Below, piece by piece: positions 19,657 to 28,077 of a DNA stretch of 64,000 nt (positions are counted from its first letter, which is position 1; each line of letters opens with the position of its first letter). The translations under genes and the position numbers were made by a program. The stretch comes from Saccharospirillaceae bacterium. Lineage in GTDB: Bacteria > Pseudomonadota > Gammaproteobacteria > Pseudomonadales > Oceanobacteraceae. The stretch covers positions 46,353 through 110,352 of the forward strand of contig JAJOJJ010000021.1 of assembly GCA_021208685.1 (NCBI GenBank). Direction: 5' to 3'. The notes below the pieces were generated by a model, which saw only the letters and a list, made by a program, of their open reading frames with translations, was not told the origin of the DNA and did no database searches.

Positions 19657-20718
19657 ATGACCCATTGGCAAAGCGTGCTGCTTTCAGAAAAAGATACAAT
19701 AGAAGATGCCATTAAAGTCATTAACGATTCCAGCTTGCAGATTGCACTGGTTTGCAACGAGCGCCGTCAACTGCTTGGCACCGTCACAGATGGGGATATC
19801 CGTCGTGCGCTCCTGAACGACAAAAATCTGATATGCCCCCTCCATGACATTATGTGCAAAGAACCGGTTACAGCAACGCCTGTACAGTCCCTTGCACAGG
19901 TACGCGCATTGATGCGCCGTCACTCTGTGCAGCAAGTACCCGTCATTGACGATGGTGTCATTGTTGACCTTTACACCGCACGAGAACTGGATTCCGCAAG
20001 AAGAAAATCCAACCCGGTTTTCCTGATGGCCGGCGGATTTGGTAAACGACTTAAACCGCTCACAGACGACTGTCCAAAACCATTACTGAAAGTGGGTGAC
20101 AAGCCCATTCTGGAAACCATTCTGGAAAGCTTCATTGAGCATGGCTTTCATCAGTTTTATATATCCACCCACTATCTTCATGAAAAAATTACGGACTACT
20201 TTGGCAATGGTGAACGCTGGGGGGTCGACATTCATTATGTTCACGAGGAATCCCCCCTCGGAACAGCCGGGGCGCTGAGTCTTCTGCCGCAAGATTTGCA
20301 GGAACCTATTCTGATGATGAATGGTGACTTACTGACGAAAGTAAATTTCAATCAACTGCTTTCCTATCACGAAGAACATGAAGCAACAGCGACTATGTGT
20401 GTAAGACGCCACGAATATCAGATTCCCTATGGCGTCATACACAGTGATGGTCATCAGATAGAAAAAATTGTCGAAAAGCCGATACAGTCATTCTTTATTA
20501 ATGCTGGAATCTACGTAATCAGTCCGGAATTACGCGGCAAAGTATCTTGTGAAAAACCTACCGATATGCCAGATCTTTTGCAGAAGCAAATTAACTCGGG
20601 TAAAAACGTCTCACTATTTCCTATTCATGAATATTGGCTTGATATTGGTAAAATGCCAGACTACAACCAGGCTCAGCAGGATTTCCGGAATGATTTTTTC
20701 GGTCGGGAAAGGCATTAA
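19657..20718 (+). CDS. CBS-domain nucleotidyltransferase (LegX/PtmE-like)
   Basis: Two CBS motifs, then MAGGFGKRLKPLT, PLGTAG and MNGDLLT. Confidence 0.9.
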   Translation: MTHWQSVLLSEKDTIEDAIKVINDSSLQIALVCNERRQLLGTVTDGDIRRALLNDKNLICPLHDIMCKEPVTATPVQSLAQVRALMRRHSVQQVPVIDDGVIVDLYTARELDSARRKSNPVFLMAGGFGKRLKPLTDDCPKPLLKVGDKPILETILESFIEHGFHQFYISTHYLHEKITDYFGNGERWGVDIHYVHEESPLGTAGALSLLPQDLQEPILMMNGDLLTKVNFNQLLSYHEEHEATATMCVRRHEYQIPYGVIHSDGHQIEKIVEKPIQSFFINAGIYVISPELRGKVSCEKPTDMPDLLQKQINSGKNVSLFPIHEYWLDIGKMPDYNQAQQDFRNDFFGRERH

Positions 20719-21428
20719 TGATCAATGATAAGCGTGTACTTTGCGTTGTTCCGGCCAGAAGTGGCAGTAAGGGCCTGAAGGATAAAAACATCCGTCAACT
20801 GGCCGGAAAACCCTTGCTTGCATGGCCAGTGTGCTGTGCACGCGAAAGCAAGTACATTGACCGCGTTATTGTTTCTACAGACTGCGATGAATACGCCGCT
20901 ATTGCCCGCCAATATCTGGCGGATGTACCCTTTCTCAGACCAGCAAATCTTGCGCAAGATTCAACAACCACCTTCGAAGTTCTGGATCACCTGATTAATA
21001 ATCTCCAGGAAAACTACGACATTCTGGTATTGCTGGAACCCACATCCCCGCTGACCGAGGCAAAGGATGTTGATAGCGCTCTTGAAACATTGATACGTTC
21101 ATGGGAAAAAGCAGATTCCATCGTTGGGGTGACACAGGAAATAAAATCCCATCCGGCGTACTTATTAACCATCGATGCCGAGAAGAAAATTCAAAGCCTT
21201 AATGCCGATTTTTCCAAAGCGGTAAGAAGGCAGGAATTATCCGCTGTATACAGAATGGATGGCACACTCTACATCAGCAAAACAGACGCTCTGCAAAGAG
21301 AATTGGGGTTTTACCATCAGCGGACGCTTGGCTTTATAGTACCTGAATGGAAGAGCTATGAAATTGATTCATTAACAGATTTCATATGCATTGAAGCCAT
21401 TATGAATAACAGAGAGGTTCTGTCGTGA
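20718..21428 (+). CDS. CMP-nonulosonate synthetase (NeuA/LegF-like cytidylyltransferase)
   Basis: PARSGSKGLKDKNI, VSTD, PFLRP and EPTSPL. Confidence 0.9.
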   Translation: MINDKRVLCVVPARSGSKGLKDKNIRQLAGKPLLAWPVCCARESKYIDRVIVSTDCDEYAAIARQYLADVPFLRPANLAQDSTTTFEVLDHLINNLQENYDILVLLEPTSPLTEAKDVDSALETLIRSWEKADSIVGVTQEIKSHPAYLLTIDAEKKIQSLNADFSKAVRRQELSAVYRMDGTLYISKTDALQRELGFYHQRTLGFIVPEWKSYEIDSLTDFICIEAIMNNREVLS

Positions 21429-22768
21429 GCGCTATTCAGAAGCAAGCAGTCAAGAAAAGCTACCAGCAGCGCCTGAAAGACGTTATTCCTGGCGGTGCTC
21501 ACACATACTCGCGTGGTTCAGATCAGTTCCCATCAAATGCCCCTCAGATTCTGAGCAGTGGATCAGGAGTGTATGTAAAAGATGCTTCAGGGAACGAATT
21601 TCTGGATTTTGGCATGGCATTAAGATCCGTTGCGATTGGCTATGCTGAAAAGTCAGTGAATGATGCTGCAATCCAGCAAATCCTGGCCGGCAATAATCTG
21701 ACCCGTGCTTCGATGATTGAACTGGAAGCAGCGGAAAGGCTGACCGGCATGATAACCAGTGCCGACATGGTAAAGTTCACAAAAAATGGTTCTACAGCAG
21801 TATCGGCTGCGGTAAAACTGGCGCGGGCCTATACTGGCAGGAAGTTAATATTACGCTGCTCAGACCATCCGTTCTTCTCATTCGACGACTGGTTTATCGG
21901 ATCAACCGTGATTAACCGTGGTGTCCCTGAAGAAATATCCGGACTGACCATAACCTTTCCCTATAACGATGCCGTGACTCTTAAAACCATTCTGGATGAG
22001 CACGGTTCCAATATTGCCTGCCTTGTCATGGAGGCAGCGACAACCGAAGAACCCGCAGCATCCGTTTTTGAACCGGGAAAATCCTACCTGAACGATGTCG
22101 AATTCCTCTGTAAAAAGCACGGTATCGTGTTCATACTCGATGAAATGATCACCGGCTTCCGCTGGCACAAGTACGGCGCACAGGCACTGTATGGTATTCA
22201 TCCGGATCTGACGACTTTTGGCAAAGCCATGGCGAACGGATTCTCTGTTGCAGCGGTTGCAGGTAAGCGAGACATTATGAAGCTTGGCTCAATTGATGAG
22301 ACCGGACAGGAACGTGTATTTTTGCTATCCACTACTCATGGTGCAGAAATGAGTGGACTCGGCGCCTTTGTGGCAACAATGGATTTTTATGACAATCACG
22401 ATGTTACAGGACACATGTGGGCGTTTGGCAAAAAACTCAAGCATCTCATTAACCGTAAAGCACTTGAGCATGGCCTGAAAGAGAACCTTGCCGCATATGG
22501 TTTCGATTGCTCTCCCGGCATAATCCTTAAAGATCAGAATGCTCAGGTATCAATGCCTCTGCGAACACTGTTTATGCAGGAAATGATGAATAACCGGGTA
22601 ATGATTCCATGGATATCCATTGCTTACCACCATGGTGATAAGGAGCTTGAACAGGTCGAACACGCTCTGAATCGCTCACTACCCGTTCTTCAGAAAGCCC
22701 TGAATGAAGGAATCAGCCGTTACCTGACCGGAGATTCCATACAACCTGTATTCCGCAAATATAACTGA
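21425..22768 (+). CDS. Class III PLP aminotransferase (glutamate-1-semialdehyde aminomutase-like fold)
   Basis: PGGAHTYSRG, KFTKNGS, FILDEMITGFR and TTFGKAMANG (PLP lysine); context points to sugar modification rather than heme synthesis. Confidence 0.85.
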   Translation: MSAIQKQAVKKSYQQRLKDVIPGGAHTYSRGSDQFPSNAPQILSSGSGVYVKDASGNEFLDFGMALRSVAIGYAEKSVNDAAIQQILAGNNLTRASMIELEAAERLTGMITSADMVKFTKNGSTAVSAAVKLARAYTGRKLILRCSDHPFFSFDDWFIGSTVINRGVPEEISGLTITFPYNDAVTLKTILDEHGSNIACLVMEAATTEEPAASVFEPGKSYLNDVEFLCKKHGIVFILDEMITGFRWHKYGAQALYGIHPDLTTFGKAMANGFSVAAVAGKRDIMKLGSIDETGQERVFLLSTTHGAEMSGLGAFVATMDFYDNHDVTGHMWAFGKKLKHLINRKALEHGLKENLAAYGFDCSPGIILKDQNAQVSMPLRTLFMQEMMNNRVMIPWISIAYHHGDKELEQVEHALNRSLPVLQKALNEGISRYLTGDSIQPVFRKYN

Positions 22769-22776
22769 AGGTAAAA

Positions 22777-23541
22777 ATGTCGATCAAAAAGACTGTCGTA
22801 ATAACAGGTGCTGCCGGGTTAATTGGAACATCATTCTGCAATGCAGTTGCCAGCAATGGATATAATCTGGTGATAGCAGACAATAATGAAGAACGCTCAG
22901 AATTGCTTGCAGCGGAAATAAGATCACATGGTCACGAAGCACACGCCTGCATTTTTGATGCAACCAGAGCGGATGATATTCAACGACTCCTGAACGCCAG
23001 CCTGGAGCGGTTTGGTAACATCTACGCTCTGGTTAATAACCTCTACATCCGCAGCGGAAATTACGGTGCGGATTTCTTTGATGTTACCTACGAAGACTTC
23101 AGCAAAAATCTGTCGGATAATGTGACACCTTACTTTGAGCTTTCAAAGAGATTCGCCCGACATTTTTGCGATTCAAAAACGGGAGTAATCGTAAATATCG
23201 CTTCGGTATACGGAGCCATTGCCCCCAGGTTTGACATTTATGCCAATACAAACATGACCATGCCGGTAGAATATTCTGCGATAAAATCGGCAATACTACA
23301 CCTGACACGCTACATGGCAAAGAGACTGAAAGGCTACAACATCCGGGTCAATGCCATCAGTCCTGGTGGCATTCTCGATGGTCAGCCTGAAGCATTTCTG
23401 AACGCGTATAATGACAACTGTTTAAGCAAAGGAATGCTCAGTCCTGAAGATTTATGTGGTACATTGCTATTTTTGCTGTCAGATCAGTCGCGCTATATAA
23501 ACGGGCAAAACATCATTGTTGATGATGGATTTACGTTGTAG
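22777..23541 (+). CDS. Short-chain dehydrogenase/reductase, PtmA-like flagellin modification protein
   Basis: TGAAGLIG, YSAIK catalytic motif, RVNAISPGG and YINGQNIIVDDG. Confidence 0.85.
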   Translation: MSIKKTVVITGAAGLIGTSFCNAVASNGYNLVIADNNEERSELLAAEIRSHGHEAHACIFDATRADDIQRLLNASLERFGNIYALVNNLYIRSGNYGADFFDVTYEDFSKNLSDNVTPYFELSKRFARHFCDSKTGVIVNIASVYGAIAPRFDIYANTNMTMPVEYSAIKSAILHLTRYMAKRLKGYNIRVNAISPGGILDGQPEAFLNAYNDNCLSKGMLSPEDLCGTLLFLLSDQSRYINGQNIIVDDGFTL

Positions 23542-23549
23542 GAGCGAGA

Positions 23550-24221
23550 ATGAAAACAAGTATCAGCTCTGTGCAACTTGAACAATACCTCAAAGAACAG
23601 ATTTCCACTTTTTTTCCTGACAACAATAAAGATTGGCAAGAAGCCATACCCCTATGCTGCCCTATAGCACTGGAAAGACTTGAGCACTGCTTTAGCAACA
23701 TTGCGGGAAAGTACTACCAGATAAATGACCAGGCAGTATTCAACCACATGAATTCCGACCACTATGCGACGTTTCTCTACTTTATTGCGAATCAGGCATA
23801 CTCATACGGAAACCTGGCGCTTGCTGAAAGAGCATTTTATCTCAATAAAGCGCTCAACGGTCTGGACTTATTCTACAGCGTAAAAATGCCGGATATATTT
23901 CTTCTGGTACATCCGGTCGGAAGTGTAATAGGTAATGCTGATTTTTCTGACTATCTGGTAATTTATCAGAATGTTACTATCGGTTCAGATAAAGACGGTA
24001 TATATCCATCATTTTCAGGGTCAAATGTACTGTATTCAGGATCAAGTGTCATAGGACGCTGCCGGATAGGAAAGAATTCTGTCATCGGCGCCCGGGCGTT
24101 TATAAGAAAGCTTAACGATCCGGAAGATAATCGGATATACAGCGGTTTATACCCAAACATTCGTTCTACACCGAATATACGATCGGTTAATGAAGATTTT
24201 TTTATGGAGAATCCGGTATGA
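23550..24221 (+). CDS. Serine-acetyltransferase-like left-handed beta-helix acyltransferase
   Basis: HPVGSVIG, IYQNVTIG and SSVIGRCRIGKNSVIGA hexapeptides. Confidence 0.75.
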   Translation: MKTSISSVQLEQYLKEQISTFFPDNNKDWQEAIPLCCPIALERLEHCFSNIAGKYYQINDQAVFNHMNSDHYATFLYFIANQAYSYGNLALAERAFYLNKALNGLDLFYSVKMPDIFLLVHPVGSVIGNADFSDYLVIYQNVTIGSDKDGIYPSFSGSNVLYSGSSVIGRCRIGKNSVIGARAFIRKLNDPEDNRIYSGLYPNIRSTPNIRSVNEDFFMENPV

Positions 24222-25339
24222 CAACTGCCACCAACCAGCCAGCGTTATTCTGGTGTAAGACATGTCTGAATATGTCAACCAGGCCGCGCATCGAATTTGA
24301 TGAGCATGGCCGCTGTAATGCCTGCCAGTGGACGGAAGAAAAAAAGACATTTGACTGGTCATCAAGAATGCATGAACTGAAAGGCCTGCTTGAAAAGCAT
24401 CGCAGTAAAACCGGCGAGTTTGATGTCGTGGTTCCTGTCAGCGGTGGAAAAGATGGTTCGTACGTGAGCCATATGCTGAAGCATGAATTCGGAATGCATC
24501 CTCTGGCAGTAACAATAACACCACCTCTCAGCTTCTCAATTGGTGATAAGAACCTGCAGAATTATATTGCTTCCGGTTATGACACTATTCAGATTAACCC
24601 GAATCAGAAAGTAATGCAGGAACTTAACCGCCGCGGCTTTTTGGAACAAGGAAGACCATTGTATGGCTGGGTCATCGCAATCCTTGCCGGTGTTATCCGT
24701 ACAGCGGCTAACTTTGGTGTAAATCTCGTTATGTACGGGGAAGATGGTGAAATCGAATATGGCGGATCGACTGAAAGTAAAAACAGACCAGTATTCACTG
24801 CTGAATTTATGAAACGTGTTTATCTTGAAGGACAGTATGAACAAACACTGCGGGATTTGAGCAGTCAGCAAACCTACTTCTGGCGGTTTGATGCGGATGA
24901 TCAGAAATTAGGGAATATCGAATGTGCTCACTGGTCGTACTTTGAAAGCTGGGATCCTTACCGGAATTATATGATTGCCAAGGAACACTGCGGCTTACAG
25001 GAAAAGGAGGAGTCTAATACCGGAACTTATACCAATTTCGCTCAAAACGATACTTGTCTGTATGACCTTCATACTTACCTTATGTATCTGAAATTTGGTT
25101 TCGGCAGAGCAACTCAGGATGCTGGAATCGATATACGCCGTGGAGCAATGTCACGCGATCAGGGAAAAATGCTCGCCCAGATGTATGATAACAGCTACCC
25201 GGAAGCCTTTATTGAAAAATATCTCGATTATTACCAGATAAGCCGCGATCTGTTCGACAAAACCATCGATAAATTTGCCAATAAAGACCTGTTCTACAAA
25301 GATGGCGACCGCTGGATGCCTAAGTTTGAGATCGTATGA
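24218..25339 (+). CDS. N-acetyl sugar amidotransferase (PtmG/WbpG-like)
   Basis: CKTCLNMSTRP, CNAC, VPVSGGKDG and LKFGFGRAT. Confidence 0.9.
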   Translation: MTTATNQPALFWCKTCLNMSTRPRIEFDEHGRCNACQWTEEKKTFDWSSRMHELKGLLEKHRSKTGEFDVVVPVSGGKDGSYVSHMLKHEFGMHPLAVTITPPLSFSIGDKNLQNYIASGYDTIQINPNQKVMQELNRRGFLEQGRPLYGWVIAILAGVIRTAANFGVNLVMYGEDGEIEYGGSTESKNRPVFTAEFMKRVYLEGQYEQTLRDLSSQQTYFWRFDADDQKLGNIECAHWSYFESWDPYRNYMIAKEHCGLQEKEESNTGTYTNFAQNDTCLYDLHTYLMYLKFGFGRATQDAGIDIRRGAMSRDQGKMLAQMYDNSYPEAFIEKYLDYYQISRDLFDKTIDKFANKDLFYKDGDRWMPKFEIV

Positions 25340-25953
25340 TTATCACACTGATTGATTATGGCATGGGAAATCACCTGTCAGTGAGAAATGCACTGAAAAG
25401 GATTGGCCATGAATCATCTATCAGTCAAGATCCTGAAGATATAAAAGATTCAGATTTCATTATATTACCAGGTGTCGGTTCATTCCGGCGTGCCATGAAT
25501 AATCTTAATAGTCTTGGTTTCACTGAAGCAATAAAATCTGCGGCAGAAAACGGAATACCATTGCTTGGGATCTGTCTTGGCATGCAACTTTTTGGCTCAG
25601 AGAGCACAGAGGATGGTACATCTGAAGGACTTTGCCTTATCGACAATAAAATAATAAAGCTCGAACCTGCTTCGGGATTGCGGGTTCCACACGTAGGATT
25701 TGATAACGTTTACTGGAATTCTTCCAACAGTCTTATGAATGGAATTGATCAGAACAGTGATTTTTATTTTACTCACAGCTATGCAATGACACAGACCGAT
25801 GAAAGAGCTGACTACATTTACTGCGACTATGGCAGTTCTTTTATTGCCGGATTCAGAATAGAAAATGTATTTGGTGTACAATTTCATCCTGAAAAGAGCC
25901 AGAACAATGGCCTCCAGCTCATGAAAAATTTTCTGGAGACTAAACGTGCTTAA
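25336..25953 (+). CDS. HisH-like glutamine amidotransferase subunit
   Basis: DYGMGN, PGVGSF, GICLGMQ and QFHPEKS; a glycan-cluster paralogue. Confidence 0.88.
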   Translation: MIITLIDYGMGNHLSVRNALKRIGHESSISQDPEDIKDSDFIILPGVGSFRRAMNNLNSLGFTEAIKSAAENGIPLLGICLGMQLFGSESTEDGTSEGLCLIDNKIIKLEPASGLRVPHVGFDNVYWNSSNSLMNGIDQNSDFYFTHSYAMTQTDERADYIYCDYGSSFIAGFRIENVFGVQFHPEKSQNNGLQLMKNFLETKRA

Positions 25954-26728
25954 AAAACGCCTGATTTTTACGCTCTTGTATAAGAATGGCAGTTTTATGC
26001 TTAGCAGAAACTTCAGGCTTCAGCGTGTTGGTGATATTCACTGGCTATTCAGGAACTATCATTTTGAAACAATATCCAGTGCCATTGATGAACTCATCGT
26101 TCTCAATCTGGACAACGACGAAAGCAGAATTCCAGAGTTTCTGTCAACGCTTGAGGAAATGGTCAGGCATTGCATGATTCCTGTTGCTGCCGGTGGACAG
26201 ATCAGAAATTTAAAAACAGCTTCTGCCTTACTTGCTCATGGGGCGGACAAGCTGGTTATCAACACTGCATTTTTTGAACAACCCGAACTCATTACAGAGT
26301 TGGTATCATGCTATGGAAGCCAATGCATTGTCGCCAGCGTAGATTGGAAGGGAGGCGAACAAACGACAGTATTCAGCCACAACGCGACTCGTGAGCAAGG
26401 TCTTTTGAGTGATCATCTTCAGCATTTATCTGAACTTAATGCCGGAGAAATTTATCTGAATGCAATACATCGTGATGGAACAGGACAAGGCTATGACCTC
26501 AATGCTCTGAATTCAGTACCAGCCAGTTGGAAAACGCCAATCATTTATGCCGGGGGTGCTGGTCACAGCAGCCACCTCAGCCTTGCTTTAGATCATCCGA
26601 TGATTGATGCCGCCGCAACGGCAAACCTGTTTAACTTTGTAGCCGGTGGCCTGAGGAATGCAAGAAATGAATTACTCAGCAACGGTATTCCACTTGCAAT
26701 ATTCAATAAGAATCCGGAAATCATTTAA
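25946..26728 (+). CDS. HisF-like cyclase-fold subunit
   Basis: SRNFRLQRVG, PVAAGG, GADKLVINTA and IHRDGTGQGYD; GTG start. Confidence 0.85.
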   Translation: MLKKRLIFTLLYKNGSFMLSRNFRLQRVGDIHWLFRNYHFETISSAIDELIVLNLDNDESRIPEFLSTLEEMVRHCMIPVAAGGQIRNLKTASALLAHGADKLVINTAFFEQPELITELVSCYGSQCIVASVDWKGGEQTTVFSHNATREQGLLSDHLQHLSELNAGEIYLNAIHRDGTGQGYDLNALNSVPASWKTPIIYAGGAGHSSHLSLALDHPMIDAAATANLFNFVAGGLRNARNELLSNGIPLAIFNKNPEII

Positions 26729-26817
26729 AAAAAGAAGCTAATCTGTCAACGTGCGTTCTGAAGATCCTTGAACAGAATACTCCTCTATTTCATCTCTGAC
26801 CTCTGATTGAATCTGAA

Positions 26818-28056
26818 TCAAAGCTGATTAAACAATGACAACCTTGAGATGGTGGTATAGCTCTGCTGCGCAGCCTCCAGCAAAAAACTTTGCAGCGATA
26901 AGCGGCTAACGGCCTCGGCAAAATCAACATCTGAGAGTTTTGACAGCACTTCTTTGTTGACCAGACCGACATCTGCCGACAAATTCCGCGTATTTTCAAC
27001 CACATTCAGGCGCGCACCGACCTGGCTGCGGATTTCTGATACTGATGATTGGGCAAATGCAAGATTGGTCAGGGTGTCCTCAATCAGAATGTCCAGAGTT
27101 TCAGAATCAACGACATTATCCTGCAGCGTATTCAAACCCTCTGTCAGACGGAAAATTGTATCGGTAATACTTTGTTTAGGTGAGGATTTTGCCAGCACCT
27201 GATCTCCGGGTTCCGGATCGCCATTCAGGGTAATGCTGATACCGGCAACAACGATATCAGATCCCTGGCTGTATCCCATATTAACCATTCCTTCAAGCGC
27301 ACGATTATCAGAAGCACGGCGAATAGTGTAATTAGGGCCTGCCGGTGTTATCGCAGATTCCGGATTGAAGGTAATGATGACATCGTCCGGATAAAACGCT
27401 GCATATTTTTCTTCATCCACCACAAACCCTGGGTTGGCTCTCATTGTGCCTTTATTCAGCGGACTGAGCTCTGCCGTAAAGGTATTCTTTGCCGCTTCTA
27501 CATCAACAAAAAGGCTTTTGCCATTATCTCCGGTCGCGACATTGGTCGAGGCACCAATGGTCAGAAAGCGCTGTCCTTCATCTCCCTTATAGTCATAACG
27601 TCCGGTGCTGTTTTTCACAAAGGGTTCGCTGCTTCCTTTAAATCCGGCAAAAATAAATTCACCATTGGCATCACGGCTGTTAAATAAATCGGCCAGCCCT
27701 TCCTGAATCTGATAGACCTCGGCGGCAATCGCTTGCCGGTCGGTAAGGGTCAATGTACCGCCACCGGCTTTTACCGTCAGCTCTTTCAAACGTGTCAGGT
27801 TGTCGGTTATCGATCCAAGAGTCGCCTCTTCCAGTTTCAGGCGGTTATCAGCGGCGGTCATGTTGCGGTCATACTGATCGCGCAGGGCCTGATCCTGTTG
27901 CAGCTGCAGAATTTTTGTGGCGGCTATCGGGTCATCGGCCGGGGTTAAGACACGACGCCCCGTTGAAACCTGCTGTTGTGTTTTATTCACCGATGACTGG
28001 TTATCGAGAATACCATTGAGACCGGTATTAAAACTCTGCAATGTTGCAATGCGCAT
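26818..28056 (-). CDS. flgL: Hook-associated protein 3
   Basis: QQQVSTGRRVLTPADDPIAA; C-terminal DVDFAEA...LSLFNQL. Confidence 0.95.
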   Translation of the reverse strand: MRIATLQSFNTGLNGILDNQSSVNKTQQQVSTGRRVLTPADDPIAATKILQLQQDQALRDQYDRNMTAADNRLKLEEATLGSITDNLTRLKELTVKAGGGTLTLTDRQAIAAEVYQIQEGLADLFNSRDANGEFIFAGFKGSSEPFVKNSTGRYDYKGDEGQRFLTIGASTNVATGDNGKSLFVDVEAAKNTFTAELSPLNKGTMRANPGFVVDEEKYAAFYPDDVIITFNPESAITPAGPNYTIRRASDNRALEGMVNMGYSQGSDIVVAGISITLNGDPEPGDQVLAKSSPKQSITDTIFRLTEGLNTLQDNVVDSETLDILIEDTLTNLAFAQSSVSEIRSQVGARLNVVENTRNLSADVGLVNKEVLSKLSDVDFAEAVSRLSLQSFLLEAAQQSYTTISRLSLFNQL

Positions 28057-28077
28057 AAGCTTTCTCCTGTGCTGGCC

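Noticed and set aside
21425-22768. hemL call
   Set aside because: The fold is similar, but it is embedded and coupled within a sugar cluster; a housekeeping heme role is unsupported.
25336-26728. Histidine biosynthesis genes hisH/hisF
   Set aside because: No other his genes are present, and they follow an N-acetyl sugar amidotransferase, the known glycan-paralogue context.
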